Notes: generated from the letters alone by a model not told the origin. A DNA stretch of 64,000 nt from Eledone cirrhosa (GCA_964016885.1 OZ024743.1:271002001-271066000); one strand, 5' to 3'; counted from the stretch's first letter, positions 39,256-52,897 are shown. Made by a program: numbers and translations.

Positions 39256-39791
39256 TAAAGGTTAATTACATACCACACAAGCAATAACAAATCCAAGACA
39301 TTGAAGAAATAAAGAATGAAAAATAATAAAAGATAAAAGATATTGAGGAAGTAAAAATAAAATAAAAATAAAAAATAAACATTGAAAAATAAACAATGAA
39401 AAATAATTGAAAAATAAGGGGTGCTATCAGTCACAGTTGGGCGGGGTGCTGTCAACATATAGTTACATACAAGCATACACATGGATAAGAGAACAGACAA
39501 GAATAGATAAGATAGATAGGATTAGGTAAGAGTAGATAAAAAATAGGTGAAAAATAGGTAAAAAATAGACTTATAATATATTTTTCAATTATTTTTCATT
39601 GTTTATTTTTCAATGTTTATTTTTATTTTTATTTTTATTTTTATTTTTATTTTTATTTTTATTTTTATTTTTATTTTTATTTTTATTTTTATTTTTATTT
39701 TTACTTCCTCAATATCTTTTATCTTTTATTATTTTTCATTCTTCAATGTCTTGGATTTGTTATTGCTTGTGTGGTATGTAATTAACCTTTA

Positions 39792-39837
39792 TGCTCTGAT
39801 GAGTCCCACTTATAGTGCGGATGAAACAATGTTAGCA
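39792..39837 (+). ncRNA. Type I hammerhead ribozyme, right-arm copy
   Basis: TGCT-CTGATGA-GTCCCAC(TTATA)GTGCGGAT-GAA-AC(AAT)GT-T-AGCA: stem I TGCT/AGCA, full core, bulged stem II, minimal stem III, GUU triplet. Confidence 0.8.
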
Positions 39838-39879
39838 AGTAAAGATATGCATATGCTATAGGCGTTCTTTGTTATTGAT

Positions 39880-39928
<49 letters not shown>

Positions 39929-39944
39929 GCTCACACAAAATATT

Positions 39945-40130
39945 TAGAGCTTTGGACAAATGCTTAGTTGTATTTGTTTCAGCTCTTTACATTCTGGATT
40001 CACATGCCGCTTTGGTCAACTTTGCCTTTCATCCTTCCAGGGCCGATAAAATAAAGTACCAGTCATGTATTGAGGATCCATTATAATTGACTCTCCCCTC
40101 AAATTGCTGGCCTCGTGCCAATGTTAAAAA
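39945..40130 (+). mobile_element. SINE family A (degenerate)
   Basis: GGTCAACTTTGCCTTTCATCCTTCCAGGGCCGATAAAATAAAGTACCAGT core. Confidence 0.75.
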
Positions 40131-40419
40131 TCCGTATTACAGATTACAATAACCACTACTATCACTGCTATTACCACCACTAAAACCTCCTACTACTACT
40201 ACTGGTAATACTAATCAATAACATAACCAACCACTATATATTCATCCTTATGCTTCGGTGTTTGTGAAAATGGGGTGGGGTGTGAGATAATAACTAATCA
40301 CATTAACTAGGTGATATTTATTTTGTTTTTAGATGATTACTTAATTTATTTGATAATTTTCCCCTGTGTAACTAATATCATTATTTTTTAAATGTTGCTG
40401 TTGTTGCCGTTGTTATGTC

Positions 40420-40853
40420 AGGCGGTGAATTGACAGTACCGGTAGAGTATTAGACACTATGCATTGCAGCATAGAGTTACGGTCCTTTGCGGTCTGAGAT
40501 CAAATCCCGCCGAGGTTAACTTTGCTTTCATCCGTACGGGCTCGATAAAATAGAGTACCAGTAACGCACTGGGGTCGATTTAATCGACTCCCCCACCCCC
40601 AAATTGCTGGCCTTGTGCCTATATTAGAAACCATTATTTAAAATAATGTTGTTGTTGTTATGTCGGACGGTGGATTGGAAGTACCGGTAGAGTATCAGAC
40701 ATGTTTTACGGTATATAATTAAAGCCCTTTACGTTCTGAGTTCAAATCCCGCCTAGGTTAACTTTGCCTTTCATCCTTACGGGGGTCGATAAAATAAAGT
40801 ACCAGTAATGCACTGGAATAACTGCTGGCCTTGTGCCAAAAATAGAAACAGTT
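40420..40853 (+). mobile_element. Two tandem SINE family A copies
   Basis: 40420-40637 and 40665-40853, each preceded by GTTGTTATGTC. Confidence 0.85.
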
Positions 40854-41786
40854 ATTATTATTATCATCATTATTATTATTGTCACAAGAGGCAACTAAAA
40901 CAAGTGCATCCGGCCGTAAAAACACTGCCTCCAAAAACATCCATCCAACCTATGCCAACATGGGCGTAGAAATGACAGTGTTGTGTCATTAGTTTCGTGT
41001 AGTTTCCAGATGCACTTCTGTCTCTCTGAGTTATGTATGGTGGTAAGAGCTGGCACCTGGTTATTTAGCAGACTAGAGTAGCTCTTTCAATATACAGTTT
41101 GGTAAGCTGACCAACCTAGTTTTTTACACTTCTTGCACTAAGAAGATTACTAAGCCTGCATTTTCCACTACATGGTCAACATTTAACCATGCTAAACCAT
41201 AGAAGGCGCGAGAAACCATTGGATTCGCAATTGTGATTGTGAGTTCGATTCCCACTAGAAATAGCAAACGAATGTACCCGCAACCTCACTATCCGTTCTA
41301 CCGTAAAATCTGTGGATAATGTGATCCTGGATCTCAAACGGGAGTCATTCGGGCCTCCATGGTGGGGCGATTTCAAACCCCAGAGAAGGGTTTTAGCTAA
41401 GAGAGGAATTGGTGATGAATCCAAACTTGGAAAGAATAGAGTATATTGTGTATATATCAAATGAAATACCAATATACCCAACTACCGGATGGTAGCACCC
41501 AGTTTCTAGGAAGTCATGCTCATGTTGTTGTTAATGTTGTTAATATGTTACCTTGAAGTTGTTAATACCTGTCTTTGTCTGAGGAAATTGATAGCGAACT
41601 CTGCAAGCGTGTGTGTCACTCTGTGTCTGCTTGATTGCAATTATGCATTGATCACAAGGGAGGACACTTTGAACATTGAAAGTAAAACACTGTTACAATT
41701 CCTTATTCCCTGGGTAAATGGAATCATTTGAAATAATTTGAAAACATGGCTTTCATTTATTTCTACCTTCTTGCACATTGTAAAGT

Positions 41787-42050
41787 GAAGGCGCATGGCC
41801 TAGTGGTAAGGGTGTTGGACTTACGATCGTAATGCCCTGGGTTCGATTCCTGTTGCGTGTTGTGTTCTCCAGCAAAACATTTCATTTCACGTTGCTCCAG
41901 TATACTCAGCTGAAAATGAGTACCAGCTATAGCTGGGGGTTTAACCCTGCGATGGATGGCGTCCTGTCCAGGAGGGAAGTCTTGTACTCTCAGTCGCTTC
42001 ACGCCACTGAAACCGGGATAAGCACCGGCTCAACGCGCTGTTTGTAGTGC
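41787..42050 (+). mobile_element. tRNA-derived SINE family B
   Basis: A box TGGCCTAGTGG, B box GGTTCGATTCC, then CATTTCATTTCACGTTGCTCCAG..CTCAGCTG..AAATGAGTACC. Confidence 0.8.
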
Positions 42051-42389
42051 ACCAGGGCATACATGCACACTGTAATACCAATGGCAAACAAACTGACAGC
42101 TATAAAACAGGAATCGAGCGCTACTTTTGACTCTCCCTGTATAGAGGTAATCATAAATTAAGAGTTCATATATAATCTCATGTAGAACTATATAGTTCGG
42201 GAGGTTGGAAAAGCTTGATCATATTAATATAGTGCTTGAGAGAAAAGTTAATAGACAATTCAAAAAATTACTGAATTTTATTTACATAAATATTTTACAT
42301 AATAACCATGAAGAAAAGTTAAATAATTAAAAAAGTGGGAAGGGGCGGACAGATTGTTGACCCCAGGCTAGGCGGTATATCTCAGTTGC

Positions 42390-42625
42390 ACCCTATGGTC
42401 AAGATGGCGAAAGCATTTCTGCGGAGAGCAATCAGGTACACCCACTACATCAGTCACTCCGCTCCGTGGGGCTCCCTCCTCAGGTGGGATACTTTTTTCT
42501 TGATTTTGCGGAGGAAAATAGCAGCCCAGGACTGAGGAGACTGGAGGTATCGACGGCGGCCAGTACAAAAAAGAAGCAGTGGAGGAATTGAGGAAAATAG
42601 GGAGCGCAAGGGTGACCTGTGTATG
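42390..42625 (-). pseudogene. Second, degraded CRE-like RLE C-terminal fragment
   Basis: Across a frameshift it reads FFVLAAVDTSSLLSPG / AAIFLRKIKKKVSHLRREPHGAE*LM*WVYLIALRRNAFAILT, which parallels FAVVPLAVETSGVLGS...EPRELEWLFQRVSLAVLRGNAFSIL at 38397-38845. Confidence 0.6.
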
Positions 42626-43620
42626 TTTTTTTTTCGAAAGTCCCAAACAAGGCGTGGAGCCACTTAGTGTAAGGGAGTATGAAGAAAGAGGCATTAAGAC
42701 GAAAGGAATGAATTTACTTGAGACTTGAAAGCGTTCAGGTTATAAAGAGGAAAACAATGAGACAGAAGAGTTCCAAAAAAGTCTGGCAGTTGGGGGAGAA
42801 AAACCACGACCATAGAAACACTTTCTTGTTCGCGAAACCATAACAGCATCCGGATAAAGAAGTTAGGCGAGATGGCACAAAGTGATCTGGAGCCAAAAGA
42901 CAAAGTTCAGTAGAACATTTTTATGTGGTAATAACAATAAAAAAGACTAAGACTGACGATGTCACGTCGATGTGATAAGGGTTGTAAAGTTGAAGCAAGA
43001 GAAGGACCAATCAAATTAGAAGCTCACTTTTGAACCCAGTCGAGGGGATCTAAGTGACAAGATGGTGCTCCTACCCAAATATGACAACAGTATTCCATAT
43101 AAGAACGAATTGTGGACTTGTAAAGAGATAGTCGTTTGACCCGACCTTGCGGCAAGGAGACCTATCAATTAATTATATATAAGAACCCCAAGAAATTTCG
43201 ATGAAGACCATTCTTCAATTGGTTTGACTGTCTGTCTATGTGACACCTCAGACCCATAATTCATGCAAATGGAGGGGAATAGGGAACCTGCTTCCTACCG
43301 AAAAATATGAGTGGTCTTGCCGGGATTGAAAGTTACTAGCCACTTTTCGCTCCATTCGTAACAGACTTCAGATCCACTTCCAAGATTAGCAGCAAATCCC
43401 AACAGTTTCATGGGAGAGGGATTGCTAGGAAAACCAGAAGAAAGAGTAGTATCATCAGCATAAATTGTGATGAATTGCAGAAGATTTGTAGGAAGATCGT
43501 TGATGTAGAGGAGAAATAGAGTTGGACCATGAATAGAGCCTTGAGGAACACTGGTATTGATAGAATACTTAAAAATAACACCGTTCAGATTCACACGCAC
43601 GCAGACCAGATTCACTGTCT
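42626..43620 (-). pseudogene. CR1/Jockey-group LINE 3' part (RT domain to A-rich tail)
   Basis: VPQGSIHGPTLFLLYINDL...IYADDTTL, YKSTIRSYMEYCCHIW, LQPLSHRR, YNLNAFKSQVN*. A-tail appears as a T-run at 42626-42634. Confidence 0.88.
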
Positions 43621-45884
43621 CTGAAGAAAAGACTAGATGATCATTGCTGAAACACTTTTGATCATATGTCTGCTTAATGAAGAAGACTGAGCTGGGACTG
43701 AACAACATTGGAGATTGTCTCCCTTTACCCTGTAGAATATTAAAGAAAGAAAAAAATAAAGATTGTGTTTGTGTGGAGGAGGTCTACTGAAATCTAAAAA
43801 AAAAAACACACATTGGAAATGAGAGGTGTTAATCACCGAAATTAAACAAATACTATGCCTTATCACAAAAGAAAAAAAAAACACAAAGGGAAAATGTGTA
43901 GAGAAAATTAATTTTTTAAAAATGTTTTTAAAAATATCAAGAAAATTGTAAAATAGAAAAATAAATAAAACCGTAAATATTAAAGTTATATAAAATTAAG
44001 AACAACAACAAACCATCACAAATTGATTTTTAGAAGAGAGAGAGAGATAACGATGAAAGAAAAAAAAGTATAAAAATTAAAATATTTAACTAGCGGAAAG
44101 AGAAAATGTCACTTTGGTACAATATCCAACCCCGGTTGTATCAGCAGATTTTCACATGGTGCTTCCAAGAATTGTGTGTGTGCGTGTATTTTAGTGTGTA
44201 TGTTAGTGTGCTTGCATGTATTTGTGAGTGTGTGTGTGTTAGTGTGTGTATGAGTTAGAATCTGTGTGCGTGTATTTTAATGTGTTTGTGTGTGTGCGTG
44301 CATTTGGGAGTGTATTTATGTGAACGCGTTTTAGTGCGTGTCAGCATGCATGTGCTTGTGTGTATGTGTGTTTCTGTGCGCGCGCATGTGTGTTTTGGTG
44401 TGGGTGTGCGTGAATGCACGTGTTGATGTGTGTGTATTTGTACGTGTTTGTGTGTATTCTAGTGTTGATATTTTGGTTTTAGTTTTACGCCGTTAAAGAA
44501 ATCACTGTTAACTGATTAAATAGATCGAACACATGATAGTTAATGTAGTGTGGTTGTAGTGGTGGAGGTGGTGATGTTGTTGTGAGGCTTACGTGATAGT
44601 TGTGGTGAAGATGGTGGTAAGGGGTGTAGATGATGGTGGTGGTAATGGTTTGAGGCTTGAGTGGTAGTTGTTATAGTGATGATGGTTTGGGGTCACTATG
44701 ATGATGGTGGTGGTGGTGGTTTGAGACTTGGGTGGTAGTTGTGATGAGGGCGTCTTAAGGCTTGGGTGATAGCTATAGTGGTGGTGGTGGTGGCTTGTTG
44801 ATGGTGGCTTGAGACTTGGGTGGTAGCTATGATGATAGTGTCTTAAGGCCTGGGTGATGGTAGTGGCGACGGTAATGGTGGCTTGAGGCTTGGGTGGTGG
44901 CTATGCTGCTGGTGCAAGACTTTAAATGGTGTCTGTTCCAGTAGAGTAAAACATCAGAATGTGCTGGCAGTGTTGGACATTTTTTCAACTGTTGTTTCGG
45001 TTCACATTTGTCATCACCATCATCATCGACATCACTATCATCATCATCGACATCACTATCATCATCATCGTCATCACTATCGTCATCACTATCATCATCA
45101 TCGACATCACTATCATCATCATCGTCATCACTATCATCATTGTTGTAATCTTTGTTGTATTTTAGTGTGTTTGTATGTGATCTTTATTTTTTCTATTTTC
45201 TTTTGTGAATTTAAAAAAAAATGTAATAACGTCCACCTTACTCTTCCACACACATACCTACACCCACCCACACACACACACACACATACCTACACCCACA
45301 CACACACATACCTACACACACACACACTTTCTCTCTCTCTCTCTCTCATAAAACAACACCAAAAAGACAGAAATAAACAAAATTTGATATAAAATTAAAA
45401 TGTTACTGCAGATATAGTTGTTTTAGATGTTACTGCTGTTGTTGTTACTGCTGTTGTTGTTGGTGTTGTTACTGTTGTAGTTGACGTTGTTACTGTTGTT
45501 GTTGTTATTGTGTTGTAGTAGTTGTTACTGTGGTAGTTGATGTTACTGTTGTTGTTGATGTTGTTGTTGTTATTGCTGCTGCTGTTGTAGTTGATGTTGT
45601 TACTGTTATTGTTGTTGTAGCTGATGTTTATTTTGAAATAGAAAATCGAGGATTTATTTTTTTTTTTAAATATATATATATAATTATCACCCCCTCCCCC
45701 CACTAATAATTATTATTATCATTATTATGTTCGTTTTATTTTAACCATTGGTGATTTTGTGGGATTTTGGTTGCTACTACTACTACTGTCCCTATCATTA
45801 CTACTATTACTACTACCATCACTACCACGACAATTATTATTACTAATACCGCAACCAAATCCATCACCACTACCACCACCACCA

Positions 45885-47345
45885 TTATCCACCACCACCA
45901 TCACCATATCCACCATCACCACATCCACCACCACCATCACCACATCCACCACCACCATCACCATATCCACCATCACCACATCCACCACCACCATCACCAC
46001 ATCCACCACCACCATCACCATATCCACCACCACCATCACCACATCCACCACCACCATCACCATATCCACCACCACCATCACCACATCCACCACCACCATC
46101 ACCATATCCACCACCACCATCACCATTATCCACCACCACCATATCCACCACCACCATCACCACCACCACCATCACCATATCCACCACCACCATCACCACA
46201 TCCACCACCACCATCACCATATCCACCACCACCATCACCACATCCACCACCACCATCACCACATCCACCACCACCATCACCACATCCACCACCACCATCA
46301 CTACATCCACCACCACCATCACCACATCCACCACCACCATCACCACATCCACCACCACCATCACCACATCCACCACCACCATCACCACATCCACCACCAC
46401 CATCACCACATCCACCACCACCATCACCATATCCACCACCACCATCACCACATCCACCACCACCATCACCACATCCACCACCACCATCACCATATCCACC
46501 ACCACCATCACCACATCCACCACCACCATCACCACATCCACCACCACCATCACCATATCCACCACCACCATCACCACATCCACCACCACCATCACTACAT
46601 CCACCATCACCACATCCACCACCACCATCACCACATCCACCACCACCATCACCATATCCACCACCACCATCACCACATCCACCACCACCATCACCACATC
46701 CACCACCACCATCACCACATCCACCACCACCATCACCACATCCACCACCACCATCACCACATCCACCACCACCATCACCATATCCACCACCACCATCACC
46801 ACATCCACCACCACCATCACCACATCCACCACCACCATCACCACATCCACCACCACCATCACCACATCCACCACCACCATCACCACATCCACCACCACCA
46901 TCACCACATCCACCACCACCATCACCATATCCACCACCACCATCACCACATCTACCACCACCATCACCATATCCACCACCACCATCACCACATCCACCAC
47001 CACCATCACCATATCCACCACCACCATCACCACCACCACCATCACCATATCCACCACCACCATCACCATATCCACCACCACCATCACCATATCCACCATC
47101 ACCATATCCACCACCACCACCACCATCACCATCACCACATCCACCACCACCACATCCACCACCACCATCACCACATCCACCACCACCATCACCACATCCA
47201 CCACCACCACATCCACCACCACCATCACCATATCCACCACCACTATCACCATATCCACCACCATCACCACATCCACCACCACCATCACCACATCCACCAC
47301 CACCATCACCACATCCACCACCACCATCACCACCACCATCACCAC
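45885..47345. repeat. 21-bp minisatellite CACCACCACCATCACCA(C/T)ATC, roughly 70 units
   Basis: Directly visible. Source of the poly-His, poly-Pro and poly-Val ORFs. Confidence 0.95.
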
Positions 47346-47913
47346 TATCACCACTACTGCTTCTAACGTAATGACTTCATTGGCAAACATTGTCCAAGAT
47401 TGCATAACATTGTGTATTAATTGTAGTAAAAAGTACTTGAGTTCTGAACAAACTGTTCTGTTGGCCGAACAACTGCAACGTTCGTCGTAGAAATCGACGG
47501 AGGACCGTTTGTTTGTTTGTTTGTTTGTTTGTGGTGGGAAGCGAAATAAAGATACATATAAAAGGGTTAGACAGAAAGGGATGAATAAAGGAGAGGAAAA
47601 AAAGGAATATTAGAATGAATGGGGGGGGGGGGGGGGCAGGAGGAAATAAAAGGAAGACAGATGACGGACAAGCAAAGGTGGAGGAAGGGGAGAAGTGAGG
47701 TATTGTGATGGTGGAATTGGTCAGAGAGGGGGAGGGGGGGGGGGCAGTGTGTATGTATGACAGAAAGTGAAACAGACAGAAAGACATGAAAAATTACAGA
47801 AGCTAAGAAAAAAGGTGGCAGGTTCAGGGCACTAACAATGACGTAAATAATAATAGATATGTGTGTATATAGATAGGTGTGTGTGTGTGTGTGTGTGTGT
47901 ATGTGAGTGTATG

Positions 47914-47960
<47 letters not shown>

Positions 47961-48039
47961 CAAAGAGGGTGTGGTAAGATACCAGGTGGACCATAACGCA
48001 CCAGAGTACTCAATACTTAGGGTAGTAGAGTGGGTAATA

Positions 48040-48255
<216 letters not shown>

Positions 48256-48438
48256 TATTAAAAATGTAAGTTATCGCCGTATTTTGACTAAAGAAATTAT
48301 TTAGCCTGATAGTGGGGTTAAGAGCCCTCGGAGAAATGGAAAAAGATGAGTATATAGACGTACATGGGAGTCGAACCCACATCTTTGGTTATCCGGACCA
48401 CTATGCTACCATTTACACCAACACATCACAATATTCTT

Positions 48439-48484
<46 letters not shown>

Positions 48485-49472
48485 GAAAAATTCGGGACCC
48501 TATATTACCTACTCTACTACCCCAAGTATCGAGTACTCTGGTGAGTAATTCTCTAACTTGTTTTTACCGCCTCCGTTCTGATATATATAACAAGCTAATC
48601 CAAATTCAACGCTTCGCGCTTTTAGAAAAACCTTCACCACGTGCACCACGCACACACCGCCAAAAACTAAGCACCACAAAGAACAGTGTAAGTGCTCCAC
48701 CCATCTTGCCTCCCCATATCACCACGGCTACTGCAGATACTTGCAGTACTCTCCCCCACCTCCTCCGCAGCACCACCACCAATATCACCTCTTAAGACTC
48801 TCAACACCGTCAAAACTACCACAACCATCAGACATTCATCTAGCCATCATCATCATCACTGTGACCACTACAAATACTAGCCGTACCAGCATCACCATAA
48901 CTACCACATCCACCACCAGTACCACCTCTTGAAACTCAGTACCGTCAAAACCACCACCATTACCGCCATTATTATCACCATCACCATTACCTCCCTCATC
49001 AGTGCCTTCATCAGCAGCACCCCCTTCACCACTACCAGACACATCTATCCATCATCACCACCATCACCACCATCACCACCATAACCACCACCATCGTAGT
49101 CCATCCCGACCACAAACCAATACATCTTTTCACGACAACGACGATTCAATGCCACGCCATACCTCTTTTGGGAGAGAAAGACTTGTCTCTTGGAATAAAT
49201 TCCCCCCATCCTTACCTCACCCCAACACCCTTCCGACCACCTCTTACTCTGTTATTTCCCTAGCAGACCTCCTTTCGGCCAACCATCACCACCACCACCA
49301 CCATCGTTGTCATCGTCGTCACCGCCGTACAGACTGGCACCAACAACTCACATGTCGCCTTTTCTTCCGAAACCACTCAATCTTCTGGCGTTCTTGTTGA
49401 TGCTGCTGTTCCTTTCTGTTGTTGCTAGTTAACTTTTGTACTTACACTTCTCCCTTTTTCTTTTTCTTCTTC

Positions 49473-49560
<88 letters not shown>

Positions 49561-49829
49561 TACATATATACATATATATATATCGAGAGAGAGAGAGAGC
49601 AAAGTCCCTTCGGCGCTGATTCGCTAAAGCGCTCTTTTTTTCTTGGAGACAATAGTTTAAGTGGAGTAACACTATGCTATTATAATAATTGTTTGCTAAT
49701 ATGTAAGAAACTATGTTTCACACTCATACATACTCCCACATATAATAACCCAGATTGTTCGCTCAATTGTTTATCGATCAGGAGTAGTAAATGGCCTGTA
49801 AATCCAAAGTACTGATAGTTCATCGAAGG

Positions 49830-51700
49830 TGCCTGAAAAAAAAAGGAAAGAAAGAAAAATCATCACACTGGATGTAAATGTGCAAGTGTCGAGATTGTTA
49901 GAAACTGGCAAATGTCAAGTGAATGTGGGTAAGTCTTTAAAGTTGGCCACACTAATGATTAAAGAAGTGTGGATATAATAAAGCTGCCATTACAACCTCG
50001 TTGTTATCATGAAGTGTGACGTGTTCAAGGAGTAAATTTCTGGAAAAAATGGGATATTTGCCTGCTAAATGCGTGGACAACGAAGCACAACATACCATTA
50101 AGCGGACGCCTCGTGCAAAACAAAGGAGCATCCTCAGAGACTTACAAAAGGGGGAGATAATTCTGAAGTAGAGGTTGGTTTTAATGATTTAAATGGCGGC
50201 ATAACCTACACCGCATTCTGTCAAGTGAAGTTGCAGGTGCAGTTACCCATGGAACAAAGAAATTTACCCAGGTTCTTAAGATTATGTAGTTTGGCAGCTA
50301 CTCTCTCCCGTTTGTATTCACAGTAGATGAAACTGTTTTAAAACCATCCCTCATATTCATTTCCAGTAGAAGAAAGCGGGGACTCTTCGTGTTTCATGAT
50401 CGGAACGGACTATTTACACTATTACTTAGCGACAATGCTTCAGGAACCTTCAAGCTGAAACAAATGTTCGTGTTTCATTCAAAATCACAACGGCCAATGA
50501 GGGAAATAATATAAATACATCTGCCTGTGGTTTGGAAATCAAACTAGAATGCCTGGATGTCAATACACATTTTTGCACAGTATTTTTTCTGTATTTGTTC
50601 AAAAGTGAAAAATATGGATTTCTAATTTAGGCACAAGGCCAGCAGCAAAGTTGATTAAACTAGCCATAGTACTTGACTGGTACTTCCTTTTATCGATCCC
50701 GAAATGATAAACGGCAACGTTGACCTCGGTAAGATTTGAACTCAAAATGTAAATAGCTATAACAAATACCGCAACAGCATTTTATCCGACGTTCTGTAAA
50801 TTCTGCTAATCCACCGCCTTTTGATATTGCGAAAGAACATTATCTAAAGCAGTGCCGGTGATTGTTAATACTTCAGGTCACACCTAGAATATCAACATAC
50901 TTCAGGCCTGTGTTTCTCTCGAGATAGTTTACCCCGCACCACTTCCTTATCACAACCCATGTATCAACCTGTAATTTCTAATGTCAAGGCCTCCTACCTT
51001 TGTTGTTCTTTCGAACAATTCATTGAATGAAAGCAATCTATGAGGGAACCTTGGTAAAAGGATCGTATCATGAATGCCATAGAGATGTCACCAAACGATT
51101 AAAAATACATAGAAACTTGTTGTTATTGCCCCCAAACACTTAAACATATTAAATAACCGCAAACATTCGGCTCGTTTAAAATGCTGAAGACACGCTAGAA
51201 GTTACAGTTACATACATATTCACGTATATAATTCCCAATGCTTAAACATAGCTTTGTTAAAGATTGATGAAGATACCGAATATTGCACATTCCGTTCGTA
51301 AAGGATAAAGTAACCCGACATCTGCATGTAAAGAGACTGGAAGAAATTATGGTCGGAAGCATGTAATGACTTTCTGGGGTTTGATAAAAAAAATAATACC
51401 GGTAATCATCAATAAAATTGTTGAGTTAGCCAAACAAGAGACAATGCAGGATGTCAGTGTGGAAGATTTGAAGCAGTTAATCGTCCTATAGTAAAATATC
51501 TGTCGAAGAACTGCAGGGGTTAGCCCAGCAACGCATCAAAAATGAGCCTGAAGACTCTGCTCTACAACAATGTATACAAGAAAATAATTGTCAGTAATCG
51601 CTATCACCAAACATTAAGGGAAACAAGATCCAATTTACTGAGAATCATCTTGACTGAGAGAGAAATAGGAAGACAGTGAGGCTAACATAAATTTCTTGGT
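49830..51700 (+). pseudogene. Decayed Tigger/pogo-family DDE transposase
   Basis: Fragmented motifs RKIITLDV, VDET, NASGTFKLKQMFVFHS, HLPVVWKSN*NAWM and SQPMYQPVISNVKASYL (QPMDQGVI-like), with many stops and frameshifts. Interrupted by a SINE. Confidence 0.8.
50618..50819 (-). mobile_element. SINE family A inserted in the transposase remnant
   Basis: GGCACAAGGCCAGC...TTTTATCGA...GATTTGAACTC...AATCCACCGCC. Confidence 0.8.
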
Positions 51701-51733
51701 GAAGAAGACTAAAAAATACACACACGCCATTAA

Positions 51734-51974
51734 CCCTTTCGTTACTGCATTTCTCATGAAATACTCTGTATTTGAATTAACGAATGGAGAATTTGCAGGG
51801 ATTTTACTAAAATGATTATTTCATTATTGCGATAGTATTTGTAACACAATTTAATAAAATGTTCTTATATCAGACTATGTTGGAAGATTTCAATTTAAAT
51901 AGGAACCCTTTAAAATGAGTGGCTCTGTTCCATAGAACCAGAGGCAGCTTTTGGTGCGCTGGCATCAAAAAGGG
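51734..51974 (+). mobile_element. TTAA-flanked MITE family M2 (piggyBac-like)
   Basis: TTAA|CCCTTTCG...AAAAAGGG|TTAA. Degenerate relatives lie at about 11740-12060, 16555-16790, 20215-20600 and 53180-53650. Confidence 0.7.
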
Positions 51975-52216
51975 TTAAATGCATTCTTTGAAAAGCAACG
52001 AATCCTCGAGAACAAAGCATAGTTTGGTCCCTCTTCTCAAATACAAACCACTTCTGTCTTATTTCTCACTGCTGGTTTTCAATTGAATTAATAGCCTGTA
52101 GTTTTCTGCACTCGTGATTAAAGTTGATTAATTTAACCTGGTTCATAATTTTATTATGACATTAGATCTTAATTAAATTTGTTCCCTAATTTTTCGTAAC
52201 TGTAGATTACAAGGTG

Positions 52217-52426
52217 TGACATCACATTGCGTGAGGTTATCTAATATATATTTCTACTTTTAGCACAAGGCCAGCAATTTTCAAGAGGAGAAAGTCGACT
52301 AAATGGACCCAGTACGTTATTGGTATTTTATTTTGCCGAGTACTAGTAACGTAGTGGAGTCGATTTAGTCGACTTTGGGCCAAAAGTAGAATAAAATATT
52401 AGTTAACCTCACGCAATGTGATGTCA
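52217..52426. repeat. Fold-back inverted duplication including a SINE A 3' end
   Basis: TGACATCACATTGCGTGAGGTTA pairs with TAACCTCACGCAATGTGATGTCA, plus inner AAAGTCGACTAAAT / ATTTAGTCGACTTT. Confidence 0.85.
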
Positions 52427-52499
52427 AAGTGTCTGGAGGGTGCGACACCAAGTTTTATGTGGTTTTTTCTTTTAACTTTTGGCGATATTTAAGAATACG

Positions 52500-52897
52500 A
52501 TGGCGAATACAAGCGGCCGAAATGGGATTCCTCTGAAGGGTCTTTGGAGTAACGTTACTCGATAAAGTGTGTAGCACGGAGATCAGAGTGTTGCTCCAGG
52601 TAGAGCTGCTACTTCTCCGAATTGAGAGATCAAAGCTCCGATACTATGGACATGTGGTTAGAATGTCTCGGGAAAGAATCGCTCGACAGATTTTACGGAC
52701 GAAACCAATAGGTAGGAGACCCAGGTGTAGACCCCGAGCACGATGGTTGAATAACATCCACGAGCTTGGCTGGTCACGCTTGGGGATCCAGCCGGATCAA
52801 TTGGAGACGGTTGCTTCTGACAGAACCCGATGGAAGGAGTGTTTGAGGACTCTGCCCCCACAACCCTCTCGGGAATAAGTGGGCGAAGAAGAAGAAA
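52500..52897 (+). pseudogene. RTE LINE ORF2 3' end with (GAA)n tail
   Basis: RIERSKLRYYGHVVRM...GRRPRCRPRARW...DRTRW..LPPQP* then GAAGAAGAAGAA. Confidence 0.88.

Larger units (their letters stand above)
39163..39884. repeat. Large inverted repeat (arms 39163-39416 and 39579-39884), Penelope-like pLTR-type
   Basis: Arms are near-identical reverse complements; both ORF translations end FNVLDLLLLVWYVINLYALMSPTYSADETMLASKDMHML. Each arm carries a hammerhead. Confidence 0.92.

Noticed and set aside
41787-41860. tRNA gene
   Set aside because: A and B boxes are present but there is no proper cloverleaf or acceptor stem, and the sequence continues into a SINE body.
45759-47405. Extensin-like or His-rich 500-aa ORFs
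   Set aside because: Pure 21-bp tandem repeat that is open in several frames on both strands, with no gene structure.
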